A stretch of DNA of 62,626 bases, counting the filler, from Bipalium vagum (lineage: Eukaryota): NCBI GenBank assembly GCA_037834085.1. It is 3 parts of 3 records of this genome, joined end to end, with 100 filler letters (N's around TTAATTAATTAA, not from the genome) between each part and the next. Parts side by side here need not be neighbours in the genome. Positions count along the whole stretch, not along the records: positions 16,046 to 44,450 come from JBBMKC010052511.1; 2 more parts are not named here. One strand, given 5' to 3'. A program made the position numbers and the translations under genes. Shown in pieces: positions 24,380-37,901 of the stretch. The notes beneath the pieces were generated by a model. The model made no database searches and was not told the DNA's origin. It saw only the letters and a list, made by a program, of their open reading frames with translations. How positions within the stretch are numbered: the stretch's first letter is position 1; each line of letters starts with the position of its first letter.

Positions 24380-24900
24380 CTAAGTGACAGCGTTTTATAC
24401 CAGGCTTTAATAAAGTACCTTGTATTTGGTATCCATATGCGTAAACATATGATAATCTGATGGCAAGAGTTCCGGTTAATAAGCTTAATGAAGTAAAACC
24501 TGGTAGTTTAAATCATGCAACTTTTGTGCTGTCAACCTCGACACTTGGAGTCTTGCATTATCATGGAACAAAATGAGTCTCTTTCTTTAAACAAGGTTGA
24601 TTTTCAGGCAACTTCTGGAGCACTACTTCACTTTTCTGTTTTTCATCCACATTCAACCATTGTGCTGATCTTTGTCGACTGCCATACAAAGTGTACGTCT
24701 GGTCGAAGGTAATAGTTCTAGAAAAAATGGATCATCTCGACTCTGAATAATCAAAAGAGAACAAATTTTAAAAATCCTATTTCTTGCTTGTCATTTAATT
24801 GGTTTGATACCCATTTATCTAGTTTCTTTACTTTACAAAGCTCTTGAAGATATCACGGAAAATGATTGACTTAGTGACACTACGTCCTTTTAAAATTATA
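24380..24900 (-). mobile_element. mariner relic
   Basis: LILFHDNARLQVSRLTAQKLHDLNYQVLLH*AY*PELLPSDYHMF. Confidence 0.8.
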
Positions 24901-25849
24901 TGAAAAACGAAATTGGCGCTCCAGTTTGATATATTAAAACAATAATCATAAAAATTGATTGGTTAATAAATCTTTGAAATATTAAAATAAAAATCTGCCA
25001 TTTCATGTGGTACAATCCTATATTTATACTGAACCACGTTACAATGAAAAATTTGCTCAGGTTTTCAATTTCGGAAACATTTTCAGGACCAGTTTTAATT
25101 TCAAGTATTCGTCCTCAATCCCAGGAAGACCTTGTGAACTGTATATCAACCCCCCGAATATACTCATTAAAATATAATTTTTCCTGTTACTAATATTTCT
25201 TCGAATTATCATTAGAATTTTTTGATTATAATTCGACAAATGAAAACGGAAAGATTCACTCATTTTTCTTGGTGAATTAATCGACTTTAATAAGAGCTTT
25301 AAGGTTTTCCATTTTCTACTTTAATTAATATGAATTAAATAAACTTTTTAATTTCCTCCCAACTACAACTTCACAATAATTGTTTGATATTTTTATAATT
25401 ATACTAAATCTTTCTTAATTAAAAGAAAAATTAGAGAAAAAATAATTTATATCCTTTACCATCATGTTTATATAATAATTTTAATTTTAATTTTTAATTT
25501 TAATAATTATAATTTTCCTTGAAATTCATTAATAATGAAATAATTAATTAATTTGCCTGTATCATTTGTGAAAATCTGTATACTAATAGTACTACGTGAT
25601 TAATCTTTAAGAAGGAATTATTTATGAGAATATTATGTTGTTAAGTTAGCAATGTGTGTTTTAATCAATTCATTATTGTATAAATTACCAAATACCGCGC
25701 ATTTTAAATTTTGTTATGTATATTTTTCGGATTTAAAATATTTTATTAATATTACCATTTATTTAATTCATTTTTAGTTGAAAATTAAGGAATAAGAAAT
25801 ATAAACGGCCAACTATAAAAAATTCGTATTTGTATGTTGTATGATTTCA

Positions 25850-26130
25850 AACAAGGAAAAACTGACTTATTTGAATAAAACCCGATATGTTTGGTGATAT
25901 TTTTATCAGTAATAATTAGTACAGGAGATGGTTTGAACAATTTAAGCGTGGAAATGTAAATCTGAAATATGATCAGCATAAACTACAATCTCAAAAGATG
26001 TGAGATGATGATGACTTAAAAGAGGTCATTGAGACAGATCCTCGACAAACTACTCGAAAAAATCCTGATAGGTTCAAATGCAGGCAAGTGGCCATATCAA
26101 ATTATTTACATTCAATAATGACATGTATTA
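25850..26130 (+). mobile_element. mariner 5' fragment
   Basis: TVQEMV/RWFEQFKRGN and DDDDLKEVIETDPRQTTRK HTH-region motifs. Confidence 0.7.
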
Positions 26131-29100
26131 AATGGATCAACTTAGTCTTGGAAACCCACATTTTTACTTACCGCTTAATATAAATGTTTAAATATAACAC
26201 GTAAAATGCTGTAAGAAATATTCGTTCCCAAAATGTTCCTTTTTGTGGGTCAACTATCAGATTAAAAGTTCACCAATTTTCGAAAGCTTTTTTATCTTTT
26301 GAAGATGTTTTCAAAGCTAGTGGTGGTTGTCTAACTTGTTTTAAACCTAAACATGGAGCTATTTTTTAAATTATTCAGAGTGATTCTGGATCTAAGAGTC
26401 TGGTACAGAAAAATTGTTTAAAAAAATCGTTTACCAGACTTGCATCAAAGATATTTTTAATGCACAAGAATCAACTCTTTTACTCGCAAAGAAGCTCATT
26501 TTAACGTACTCTTAAAATCAATTGATTTTAAAACAAACACAATGTCTAGGTTTATTGATTAATTTATCAAATTATTGAGATTTTTATCAGTGATACAATA
26601 ACTGCAACGATAGTCGGAAAGATTTCCACCAATCTAATAAGTAAAAATAAAATTAATTAATTTATAAAATCTCATAATTAAAGAATTTTAAAAGAAATTA
26701 GAATTATTAATCGATTTAGGCATTAGGTTAACGAAAGTCACACATAAAACATTCTCTTGTCAATCGTTGAAAATACACGTGTAAAGTTAATCATTTTGAT
26801 TCATTTAAACAATGATCGAACAACCTTTATTATTTTACTCTATATAGTTCAGATATGGCGCTTTCAAAATTTTTGACAATTTGTCTTTTAATCGTAACGC
26901 AGTAAAATTTAATTTAATTATTTAATTAATTTAATTTCCATAAAATACGTAACACATTCTCCTAACATAAGTACTGAACGTGAAATAACAAAATATATAA
27001 TATTTTATTCCCATTATAAACAGGACTCTCTTTTACATTGCCAGGAATTCACCAATGTTCAAATTAAAGATTTTATTTAGTCCCCCAATTTCCCCGATGA
27101 TAAAAATAAAACAACTCAGAATATGTAACAAAAGTACACTTGATAATGCTTTCCAAACAATATCTCCCCGTCATGCCCAATTTTTGCATTAGATTTCTTT
27201 GAAGGATAAGAGAAAAGTCTCCGTTTTCCATTCCAAGTTAAGAGACTGCAAATATTGCCCATCATAATTATCTGTAATTACCCATTGTTGTTATGTCACA
27301 ATGCGACCATCGATTCTGCTACATGAGACAGTCACAATAGATTTTTAATAAGAAATATGTTCAGATTAATTATTCTTCTTTCATAAACTGGTTACAACAA
27401 AAAGCTTTAGGGTTCCTCACCAACAATTTTTTTTCATTATTATTTTTAATATATTTTCTTTTTTTTTTAATTTTTAAAAAAGGCTCTTTTTTTTCTTTTT
27501 TTAATTTTTAGGTACCAGAAATTTCTCAGTATAAATTTTGGAAAATTTTCACCAAATAAAATTGCAAAATGAGATTTGATAAATATTAGGAAAGTTTCCA
27601 AGCCGTTTTACGCGGTACTTGCTCAGGGGTCTTGTTCAACCTTCACTGTTCGATCCACGATGGATACCGTGCTGCCAGAAAAGGAGATTGTATTAAAAGG
27701 ATAACGTTTTACAGCTCCTCTTCATCGACCATGTATATTCAAAAAGGTCTCTCCTTTCTCTAATTGATTATCTTTAATCTAGAAATCGTCAGAAACAAAT
27801 GGGGGAAAAATCGAAAATTCCGAAACTTTATCAAAACAATAAAAGTTTTCCATGTAATATATATGATGAAGGGAAAACTCTCTTGATTATTCTGCCCAAC
27901 TTTATTCCATTTGCGTCAGAAAATTAATTTTTATTCTGCAAATATCGTCTGAAACGTGGAGGAAATATTAGATTTATGATAAAATCATAAAAGTGAAATA
28001 AAACTTTAGACAATGTATCGAGCGAGACAATAAAATGCAAGGCCCTTTTATCTCCCTATCCTTTAATTATCTAATATGAAAGATGATGGTAAAGAATAAA
28101 TTTTCCTTTGGATTGACATAATTTCCATATATAATTCGCANNNNNNNNNNNNNNNNNNNNNNNNNNNNNNNNNNNNNNNNNNNNNNNNNNNNNNNNNNNN
28201 NNNNNNNNNNNNNNNNNNNNNNNNNNNNNNNNNNNNNNNNNNNNNNNNNNNNNNNNNNNNNNNNNNNNNNNNNNNNNNNNNNNNNNNNNNATATTAGAAA
28301 ATGATATCAATATATATTTCGTCAAAATATTTTTTCCAATTTTGCCTTTTTGCATTGATTTAAAATATTTTCCACAATAATTATCCCTAATTATCCTTTG
28401 CTGAAAGAATTCCCTATGAAACGAAGAAATAATTAAATATATACAAGTAAACTGGATGTCGAACTTCAACGTAAAAATTATAATTTGCCTATATTCTGGA
28501 TTATTACTATTATTATCATTATTATTATTTATAACCATTTGGTTGAGTTGCGACAACAAAGGAACAATTTAAAAATAATAATTTATTTAAATATTTATAG
28601 AATTCAATTTTTTTATTTAAATAATTATTTTCATATTAACCTGAAATTTGGCTCNNNNNNNNNNNNNNNNNNNNNNNNNNNNNNNNNNNNNNNNNNNNNN
28701 NNNNNNNNNNNNNNNNNNNNNNNNNNNNNNNNNNNNNNNNNNNNNNNNNNNNNNNNNNNNNNNNNNNNNNNNNNNNNNNNNNNNNNNNNNNNNNNNNNNN
28801 NNNNNNNATATTATGTTAATTAATTGATTGATTAATAATAAATATTTTGCTTATAACATAAAATGGATAATTTATAATATATATATATATATTCGTGAAG
28901 TCAAATGAAACCACCTCCGCACCATTTTTTCTGATATGGTACTTGACCCATAAGCGACAAATTTTTTGATGACATGACGGTCGTTTTTTCTTTTCGGGAA
29001 ATAACAATTCATAACGCATTTGATTTCTTTTTATTTTGAAATTTTGTGACATCCATTAGTTCGAATAAACAAATTATATTAAATATATTTTGTTTAATTA

Positions 29101-30288
29101 TCTATTCTAAGGAATTGATTTTATCGATAGATTTATTAAATTTGAATTTCAAACATATTTTAAGTGTAATTCAAATTAAAACATTCTATGACGAAAACAA
29201 CGGAATAATTTAGGTCACATAATGTATTCACTAATAAATATCATATATAGTAATAATATACAACAAAAGTCATAAATAATAAATAAATAAATACTAATCA
29301 AACGTGGTTAGAATTTTTGTAAATTTGATAACCATTACTAAATTTCGACATTAATCATGATTGAGACTTGGTTGGTCTCAACATCAAGAATAATATTATA
29401 TTACTCTGAAAAAGGAGAACTTTAAAGTTGTAAATTCCTTTTATTTGAATATTAAAAAAATCATTTGCTTTTAAGCAAAATTCCTTTGAGACTTTAGAAA
29501 TTCGGTTGGAAGGAAAACTTAACATTTAAGTAGATTCGACAATGATGTGTGCGTGTCAAATTTGACCCTAAAATTGTACTTGGATTACGAGCCATTTTAA
29601 CAGCTTGAGAATTACTAAGAGGAGATCCGGTATATTGTTATCAGGAGTTGAAACTACCATTTTTATCTTGTGACTCTCCTTTGTATTTGAATTCATCAAT
29701 GTTTTGTTTTATTTTACAATCATTTTAGGGATAACTTTATCTTGATCATTGCAGCAGGAATCGATTCAATTGATATTTTTAGAATTGATTTGTGACTTTT
29801 GAGATGAAATAAAATTTTCATCATTGCACCAATGCCCTCGTTAGAATGATATGCAGACATTGGATGGTTGAGATAAAACACGACCATGGGTGAGGTGCCA
29901 GATGTGAGTTCGGTGAGTAATTTTTTCTAACACACCGGTTACAAAAATTCTTATTTTTTCATCATTAACAAAATAATTTTTTCTAAATTGGTTTTCGACT
30001 GTGATTTCAAAAATGCTATCAGCTTCGCTATAAGTTATCAGTATTTTAAATTGACTAATTTTAAATTTGAATTGTATTCCAATTGAAATGGGATTTTGCA
30101 CGTGACTGTGTTATTTATAACAAATTAATTAAGTGGTTAAAATGTGTTTTAATACTTCCATAACTGACCATGTCTTCATGAAAAGTTGAAAAATGACCCG
30201 AGCACTCAAAATAAATTTATTATAATAAGACCGCCGCTCTCTAAATGCCTGATCAATTTGAACCAATTATTCTGTCCCAATAATATTA

Positions 30289-30465
30289 CAGTGAAACCTG
30301 CATAAATGAACACCTTTGTTAGCTAAACACCTCTTTTATTTGAACATTTAATTCCGTAAACTGTAAATATAAGTTAAACTTGAACACCTTGATTATCTGA
30401 ACACCTCTCTAATTTAAAATTTTCAGCAAGGACACTATGGTGTTCAATTTAAGCAGGTTTCACTG
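30289..30465. mobile_element. pogo/Tigger-type MITE (177 bp)
   Basis: TA TSD on both sides. TIRs CAGTGAAACCTGCATAAATGAACACC / GGTGTTCAATTTAAGCAGGTTTCACTG. Internal AACACCT repeats. Confidence 0.9.
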
Positions 30466-31949
30466 TATTATGATTTGTATTAAGAATTATTAACATTTGT
30501 GAACATTGTTGAAATCTTTTATTATTCTTAATCAGAATGTCAGTGATTGTAATACCTTCAAACAAAACAAATTTTCATTAAAAAACTTTATTTTTATAAT
30601 TCTTACTTCTTTTCAAATTCGCTACCTGATTTTCTGATATTCAAATAAACTTTTTTTTCGAAAAATATTGATTACTGAATTTTATAAGCAAGAATTATTT
30701 TGCTCTTTCTTTTATTTTAAAACATAATACTTTAACACGATACACTGAAAAATTCTTTCTCAAAATAAAGCCTTGATAGCCATTTCTGTCAAAAAAACAT
30801 GATCTTACCTTAAATTTTTACTTTTTAAACTTAATTTAAGATTTTCAATCAATACATTAATTTAAATTACATTTAAACTTTAACATTTATTTTTATAAAT
30901 ATCTCCAAAGAATCGAAGAATGAAGACTGGCTATCGGAGGGTAAGATCTTAAAAATGATGGACTAGTTTTTAATTCGACTCCTCAAATTTCTAGCCAAAG
31001 TATGCATAAATTATTGATAAATTCTTGACAAAACTCAACAATTCCGAAGATTTCTGAACTAGAACGAAATTGGAGGAATAAAAATTAAGATTGAAAGGAT
31101 AAAAAATAAACAAAGTACCGTCTCCACAATCAAGTCAACATGTGTTCTTAAGAGATTTCCCCCGTTCCCAACGAAAAGATCAGAACACAACCAAAACTAA
31201 GAATCAAATGAACGGGCAAGTGAAGTGAAAATTTTATGTGATGAATTTCCAGCGAATATTGAGAGCATTTCAATTTATTTTGTTAATCAAATCAATTTTT
31301 ATTACACAGAGCTCTCCCAAGGAGGAAGACATAGTACAGGAAACCCGCGAAAATTGGCAAAAATCATAAAATTTTCTGCTTTTAATCTCATTCCAGACTC
31401 TTGAACTTTCACGGTTGACCAAATTTATTTGTAATTTGATTAATAATATCATTGTAAAGGAAAGCGTTGATAATTTCTTTTTATGGGTTTTTGCTTTTCC
31501 TGAAATTTGATGTCCTAATAATATTTCCTTCTCTCCCTCCATTTTGGGATTTTTATTTGTCCAGTTATTATAATATATCAAACGGAGATCCTTTCGTGAT
31601 GGTATAACTACGGTGAAAGGTTACATTTGAGCAGTGGTCTTTTGAAGACTGGTATGTGTGATTTAATGGATCTTAAGGGGATGTATGACGGCAGATAACC
31701 GTTTGTCCAGGCATCGATCTTCTCCGGGACAATAAATACATATAGATGAAGATATGGGCCAAAAGAAAAAATAACCAGTTTTATGATTGCAAATAAATTT
31801 TTGTATTCTGGAATGTTCAAAGGTTATTTCCAGAAATTATTTTCATAGATTAACAAAGAGGACTAAAGAACTAAAGTGAATTGTTTTCGTTAAAAAATAA
31901 TCCTGTGATGCTTTAAAAATGAGAGAAATATTTGGTATCTTAAATAATA

Positions 31950-32800
31950 ATAATTTGTTCACTATTTAGTGTATCAAATTTAAACCTGACTCCAACTCTT
32001 AAATGGTGCAAAGTATTAACAAACAGGAAACCAATAACTTTTATTTATAACACAAAATTCAAACGAAATCACAATGATAACAGTAACACAAAAATCGTCA
32101 AACTCAAGAGAAAGAGATTGTAATTGTTTTAATTAATCAATCAAACATAAAAGTTAATAATATCGAGTCAAGAAACACAAATAGATTTTTAAAGTTAATC
32201 AACAATCAAACTAATATGAAATAATATAATCAAATTAATACGTAATAATTTTTAACCAAAAATAAAAATAAGATGATAAAAAAAATAGAATAAGCTTACG
32301 AGTTATATTCGTTTAAGCTTCCCGGACTATTAGCTGAGCCTTTACAGTTGTTCAGAAATACCCTTTGGTGAGGAACTCAAACACAATCACAGGCAAGATA
32401 TCATTTTAACAAAATACTTGGGTTTCAGATCTGGATAGTCTTCACGATAATCTGTCTTCAACGATAGTTTACAACAAATAAGGTCTTCCAAACCACGATA
32501 ACTGTTTCTAGTTAAGGGTGAAATTATGGAGAAATTCTTCTCCTTATATAGTATTTTGGTCGACGACTAATCAGTCGCAGACCAATTTTATAAATGGAAA
32601 ATGTCAATTCCCTTTAAGGATCATTAATTCTAATTCGGTCCCTACTTGCGGACCCTGATCTAATCTTGGCAATTTAGGTTCGCCATTGTCAAGATTAGAT
32701 CCCAAAAGAAATAATGTATTGCCTTTTTTCTTTTTTAATTACCTTTTGTAATTTTTAATTAGCTAAAATTATTATTTAATTATTATTCTTAGTATTATTA
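31950..32800 (-). mobile_element. solo-LTR-like element, copy B (diverged; ends not resolved)
   Basis: 32541-32725 is the reverse-complement homologue of ~13218-13403. Downstream on the minus strand it has TATATAAGG, a GTAAG donor-like site at ~32299, a T-rich tract and AATAAA at ~32046. Confidence 0.6.
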
Positions 32801-34401
32801 TTATTATGATTATTACTATTATTATTATTTTTGTCCTTTTATGCACAATTTCAAAATTATTATTATTATTCTTATTATTTTGTGCACAATTTTACAATTT
32901 TCATTTAGGATGGATGGGTGCTTAGGGAAAACCAAACAAATTTATATATTAACTATTAATTACTATTATTTTACTATTATTTATTAATTACTAATTTTAT
33001 CAATTTTTATTTAAAATATTGAGAAAATATAAGAAATTCTTCCACATTATTTTGCAAATGAGCAAAATAAACTTTAAAACACTTTTGCTTGCTCCTCTTT
33101 CCTTTTTGCTATTAAAAAATTCAACCAGCGGATCAGAGAATAGGGAGGAAAAAAGAGTCTACTTTGAAGACTCACATTGAAATGCGATCAATCCAATTTA
33201 AAACTGTTAGAATTTTTAATTTTTCCGGGAAAAGTTGGCATTGTTTTTCTCAGACAATACAAAAACCATTGTCATTATTTCCATGTTTTATCGAAAATTC
33301 AATAATGAAAAAACCCTTCGTATCATTTGCTAGGTCTCAATTAAGTTAAAATACTTTATTATTCACAGCTGAAATAATTAATTAATAAAACGACTCTTGC
33401 CTTGGGTACAACTGGGAAGCAAACAATAAGAAAATTGGGAAATCAATTAGCTAAGTAGGAAGGGGAAAAAGAAGGAAAGTTCACTACGCTAATTTTACAC
33501 TTAAACTTTCTGCTAAGCAGACCACGAGCTGATTACTTTCCATTCGATGTCAGAGATATATTAAAATGAAAACGTCTTTTTCTCTTTCATTTCATCGGGT
33601 ATTTTAAGAGTTTTGCCCTTAGATCTAATTGGTGACAGCTACTCTGTTTGTAAGTATTATTAAATCAAAAAATTCAAAGCATGTATTATTTATATTTCTT
33701 ATAAAATATTTATTAAATATAATGAGTGTAATCATATCATGGAAAATTTTAATTGTTTTAGGTTTGTATATAAGAAATGTCGTTTTTTTGCATTTTTGAA
33801 GACCGTTTGTAAAATAAATGAGATCTCACAATGAAATAAATAACATATTAACAAGGTAATGAATGACATTTTAATAATATTATTGGTTGCAGAATTCAAA
33901 TTTAACCTTGCCATATTTAAATTTTGCTGAGGTTGAAAATGATGAAATGAGGTTTATAATTCAGTACGAATTCCTACTTGGAAATAATGTGTGTTGATTC
34001 TGATGAATCTCATTTTGACAAATAAAATGTTGTATAAAACCTTTTTCTCAATTATTTTTGACAACTAATATTATATAAAAACGATATTTTATATGCACCA
34101 ACCTAATAAGAAAACCATAATATTTATCAATTTCATTAATAAACACGAAAATATTAATATATTAAATGGCAGTTAAAAAAACTGATGTCTTTCCTTTATT
34201 GAAATAAATGTGCCTATTTTTCTTTTAAAAAGACATCATTTTAAATTTGGCAATTAATTTTCGCTACTTCCAGATTCTACAAAGAAACGGTTAACCAAAT
34301 TGCGAAAATTAACATCGAGGCCGATTTGTTTAACTGTTTGTCTGCAATGAAATCGGATTCCATTCTTGTGCGCGCAATTTGAAATTTGCTCATTTCGATA
34401 A

Positions 34402-34608
34402 ATGAATAGATTGTCAATTATATTCGCGTTTGCCTTAGGATTTATATCTGGGTTTTTTTATCACCGAAATGTCAGGTGCTACCCGAGGAGTGAAAGTCAA
34501 ATTGGATTTGTGACAATTGATCATTCAAAATTAAACGATATCCAAGACAGATCGAAGGACATGGTTTTGAACACCAAACGTAAAATTGAGAATATACGCT
34601 TAAACTGA
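34402..34608 (+). CDS. small single-TM protein (68 aa), unknown
   Basis: ATG-initiated ORF with an N-terminal hydrophobic Gly-rich helix (LSIIFAFALGFISGFFY) and a charged amphipathic C-terminus. A CpG-richer promoter-like stretch lies upstream. Confidence 0.5.
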   Translation: MNRLSIIFAFALGFISGFFYHRNVRCYPRSESQIGFVTIDHSKLNDIQDRSKDMVLNTKRKIENIRLN

Positions 34609-35402
34609 CCTCTTTCTGGAGCAATTCATAATGTTCAAGACCTATTATGTTGTAATTTTGTAAATCATGCACAAATCGTTAAATACTTTACTTGAGAATA
34701 GATTGATTTCAATTTAGTTCACTTGCATAAAGTGTGATTTTGTTTAATGACTGATGTACACTTTTTATAAGTTTTACTCTATATTTATTTTGAGTTCACG
34801 GTATTTTTAAAGGTGAATATTGAAGACTTAAATTACCAACAAATGTAAATTATTTAATCTTAAAAGATTGTCATTTCATACAAAATGAGTTTTCATGGTG
34901 CCAGGAATGTAACTGTCTTAGTTTTAAGTTATAAATTATGTTAATTGACAATTTTGGACAAATCTCTAAAGTTAAGCAGTTACTCATGCTCAATTTGAAA
35001 TAATTTCATTAGTTATAAATTTTAAATGTTATTTTTTAAGGTTAATTTCACAATTCAACAACATAACTTGAAATACAAGCTTTGTTGTGACAGCTGATGT
35101 TTACAGTTTAAAGATATTTATTTTTAATTCAAAAATTATTTCAAAAACACGAATGTTAAAATGTAATATTTAAACAAATAGTTAAAAAAACATTTTATAT
35201 TTAATTTTTTAAAAAATCAATACCATACGAAAACAGTCTGTTTTTTTCTTAGTTTAATATTAAAAATTGATATTTAAAAACTTTCTATGTAGCTTTAAGG
35301 AAAAAAATCAGAAACTATGAGAACCAGTCTTGGAAAATGTTAAATATTAATAATATCATTGATAAATTTGATTCAATATTTAATTGATCAAATTAATTTA
35401 TA

Positions 35403-36149
35403 ATGATGGAAGCCAAGCATATCAAAATTCTTACAGCTCCACAATTAATATCTAAAGTTTGGTGGTCGAATCTAGATAAATTTCAAAAAATATTCTTGAT
35501 TTTGTTCCTTATTTTGTATGTTCTGGCTACACTTTCTTCTAGTTCTATTATGATTATGGACGATATTTATAGTATTACAATGTTTTTGATAAGTTTTATA
35601 AAAGAAAAGAATAAGATCCCGGCACCTTATAATATATCATTGACAGTTAAAAGAGGATTTTGGAGAACCGAAAGAATTTTCAATTTTCCAAATAATACCC
35701 AAGGTCTTTCAGGAATCGAACTTGAAAGGCATTTAAAAGTTGGATCAAATTTATGGGATACATGTCAAGTGCTGTCATATAGAGGACATCCTTGTGAGGC
35801 TGCTGCAATACTTTTTATATTGTTTGGAATGTTACTGTTTTATTATCACTGTACTACAATCATTTTGTTTCGCATCTTGACAATTTTGAATTTGTCAATA
35901 GGAGCATTTTTCACAATGATAGGTTTCGGGTTGATGTTAGCCTCCTCACAAGAATATTTTTATTGTATATCAGAATTAAATTCTGAATTTCATGGAAAAA
36001 ATGGATATTACTATGGAAGAAACTTTCAATCCGTATTAAACTTCTCAACGCTTAATTTTAAGCTAATGACAGTAACAGAATTAATTTTTCTTTTGCCCAT
36101 GATTTTTATAGGGTTATATTTAATGACCTTTAAGAGAAAAAATTTATGA
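35403..36149 (+). CDS. intronless 4-TM protein, claudin/PMP22/EMP superfamily-like
   Basis: 248-aa ORF in AT-rich DNA with four hydrophobic segments. GFWR plus two Cys in loop 1 (claudin W-GLW-C-C-like) and YYYG before TM4. AATAAA downstream. Confidence 0.7.
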   Translation: MMEAKHIKILTAPQLISKVWWSNLDKFQKIFLILFLILYVLATLSSSSIMIMDDIYSITMFLISFIKEKNKIPAPYNISLTVKRGFWRTERIFNFPNNTQGLSGIELERHLKVGSNLWDTCQVLSYRGHPCEAAAILFILFGMLLFYYHCTTIILFRILTILNLSIGAFFTMIGFGLMLASSQEYFYCISELNSEFHGKNGYYYGRNFQSVLNFSTLNFKLMTVTELIFLLPMIFIGLYLMTFKRKNL

Positions 36150-36699
36150 ATAATTCTGTATTGTGTGAATTAATCCAGCTCCTATTTATTGCAGAGATTT
36201 GACGATATACATTTCATCGTTGTAATGTTTAAAATAAATAAACTTATCATCTTTGATATTAAAAATATTTTACGATTGAAATATTAAAAATTTTGTTGAA
36301 TTACATGAAAAATTTCAGCTGGTAACTGAATTTATTTAAAAATGCTGAAAACTTATCAACTGTCAATGTCGAGCCTTTCAAGAAACATCGATCATCGATG
36401 ATAGCCTTCCTAAAAGTATCCTTAACATCTATTTTCTCCAGTTTTCCTATTTTTTATTTTACATATTGTTTAATCACATTAAATATAACTTTCGTAATTT
36501 ACTCAAGTATTAGTGACAGTCTTGTGTTATTAACCTACTATTGGATTTTTAAAGCAACATTGCCTAATCCTTGTAAATTTCTGGATAAATCTCTTTCATT
36601 ATGTACAAGTTATTATACTTGTGATTGCTTTCAAATTCATACCGTACATATTAATTTTGTGTGTGAAATCAGCGAAAAACAACGGAAAACCTACATTAA

Positions 36700-37572
36700 A
36701 TCATATAAAATGAAAGAAGAATCATAATAAGAGAGCTCACTGTGCGTCTAAATGTTAGCAAGTCATTATTGGTAAGTAGTGGCATCAGAAAGTTGAGCTC
36801 ACAATTTGTGCCACGTTTTCTAACTGATGATATGTAAGCTCACCGTTTGGAGTGCTGAAAACAGAATCTGGAATCTTTTTTAACGTATTGTGGACCTCAT
36901 GCTGGATAACATCTTCACGATGGATGAGACGCTTCTATCTCTCAATATTCCAGAGTCTAAAAGGAAATCAAAAGAATGGAAACTTCTAGGAGAGATCAGT
37001 TCATGAAAGATATCATCACTCAAAAAATCCTTAATGTTCTCCATTTTTGGGGATGATAATAGCGTGATACCAATTTGCTGAATCACGCGTTCGTGTCAAT
37101 GGTAAATACTACATTAACCTTGTGTGACCAGCTGGGATATTGAGAAGGAATAGCCCAGTCACTGGGTTGTATTATCTGCATGACAACACATTTATTCACA
37201 CTAGTGGATTATCAATAACAGCAATTAAGGATTGTAGCTTGATTTTCCTCTCTCATCCTCCCTACAATCCCGACTGGACTCCTTGAAATTTCTTTTTGTT
37301 CAAACACTTCAAGTAGGAACTAAGAGGTAAAACACTTTCATCAAAAGACGATTTGCAGTAGATCGTCATTGATTATCTGAACGATAAATCTCCCGATTTC
37401 TTCAAAAATGTCTTCTCGCAACATGTCACTCGCTGGAAAAAATGTGTTCACGTTTCTGGGAACTCTGAAAAATTATTACCTGTACACAATCAGTTTTATT
37501 AATAAAAATTGTTTTGTGATCATTTTTTGTTTTTTACATTTGACTCAGTACTTGTTGGGTACATCAAGTATA
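36700..37572 (+). mobile_element. mariner relic
   Basis: YLHDN, LSHPPYNPDWTP*NFFLFKHFK*ELRGK, RWKKCV. Ends in a TIR-like TACTTGTTGGGTACATCAAGTA. Confidence 0.8.
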
Positions 37573-37901
37573 TAAAAATATGGGACAGATGTTTTTTTTC
37601 GTAAAGGTTTGTTAATAATTTGTCATTTCCTTTAAAATTTCGATATTAAATTAAACCCTCTCTTCATTTTTATTCCTTAGTATTGATCAATAAAAACAAA
37701 AAGAAAAACTTTGTTATTCTCAGTAGTATCGAAATTTATTTTTAATAAAAATATTGATTTATTTATTTCAAATTCAAAAATCAATTTCATTAATTAATCA
37801 AAATCATCTAGAAGTATGCATTCATAATTTCAAAATGACATTGACAACTCCATTGGAATAATCAAAGGTAAAGAGTATATATCACCATATCCGAGTATTA
37901 T

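Noticed and set aside
28071-28823. ORFs of 162 and 112 aa (also 15994-16236 and 44316-44498)
   Set aside because: They are artefacts of reading through N-runs.
30289-30465. CRISPR-like repeat-spacer pattern (AACACCT repeats; also the TTTTGACC repeats at 5419-5897)
   Set aside because: These are subterminal repeats within TIR elements with TSDs in a eukaryotic context, and there are no cas genes.
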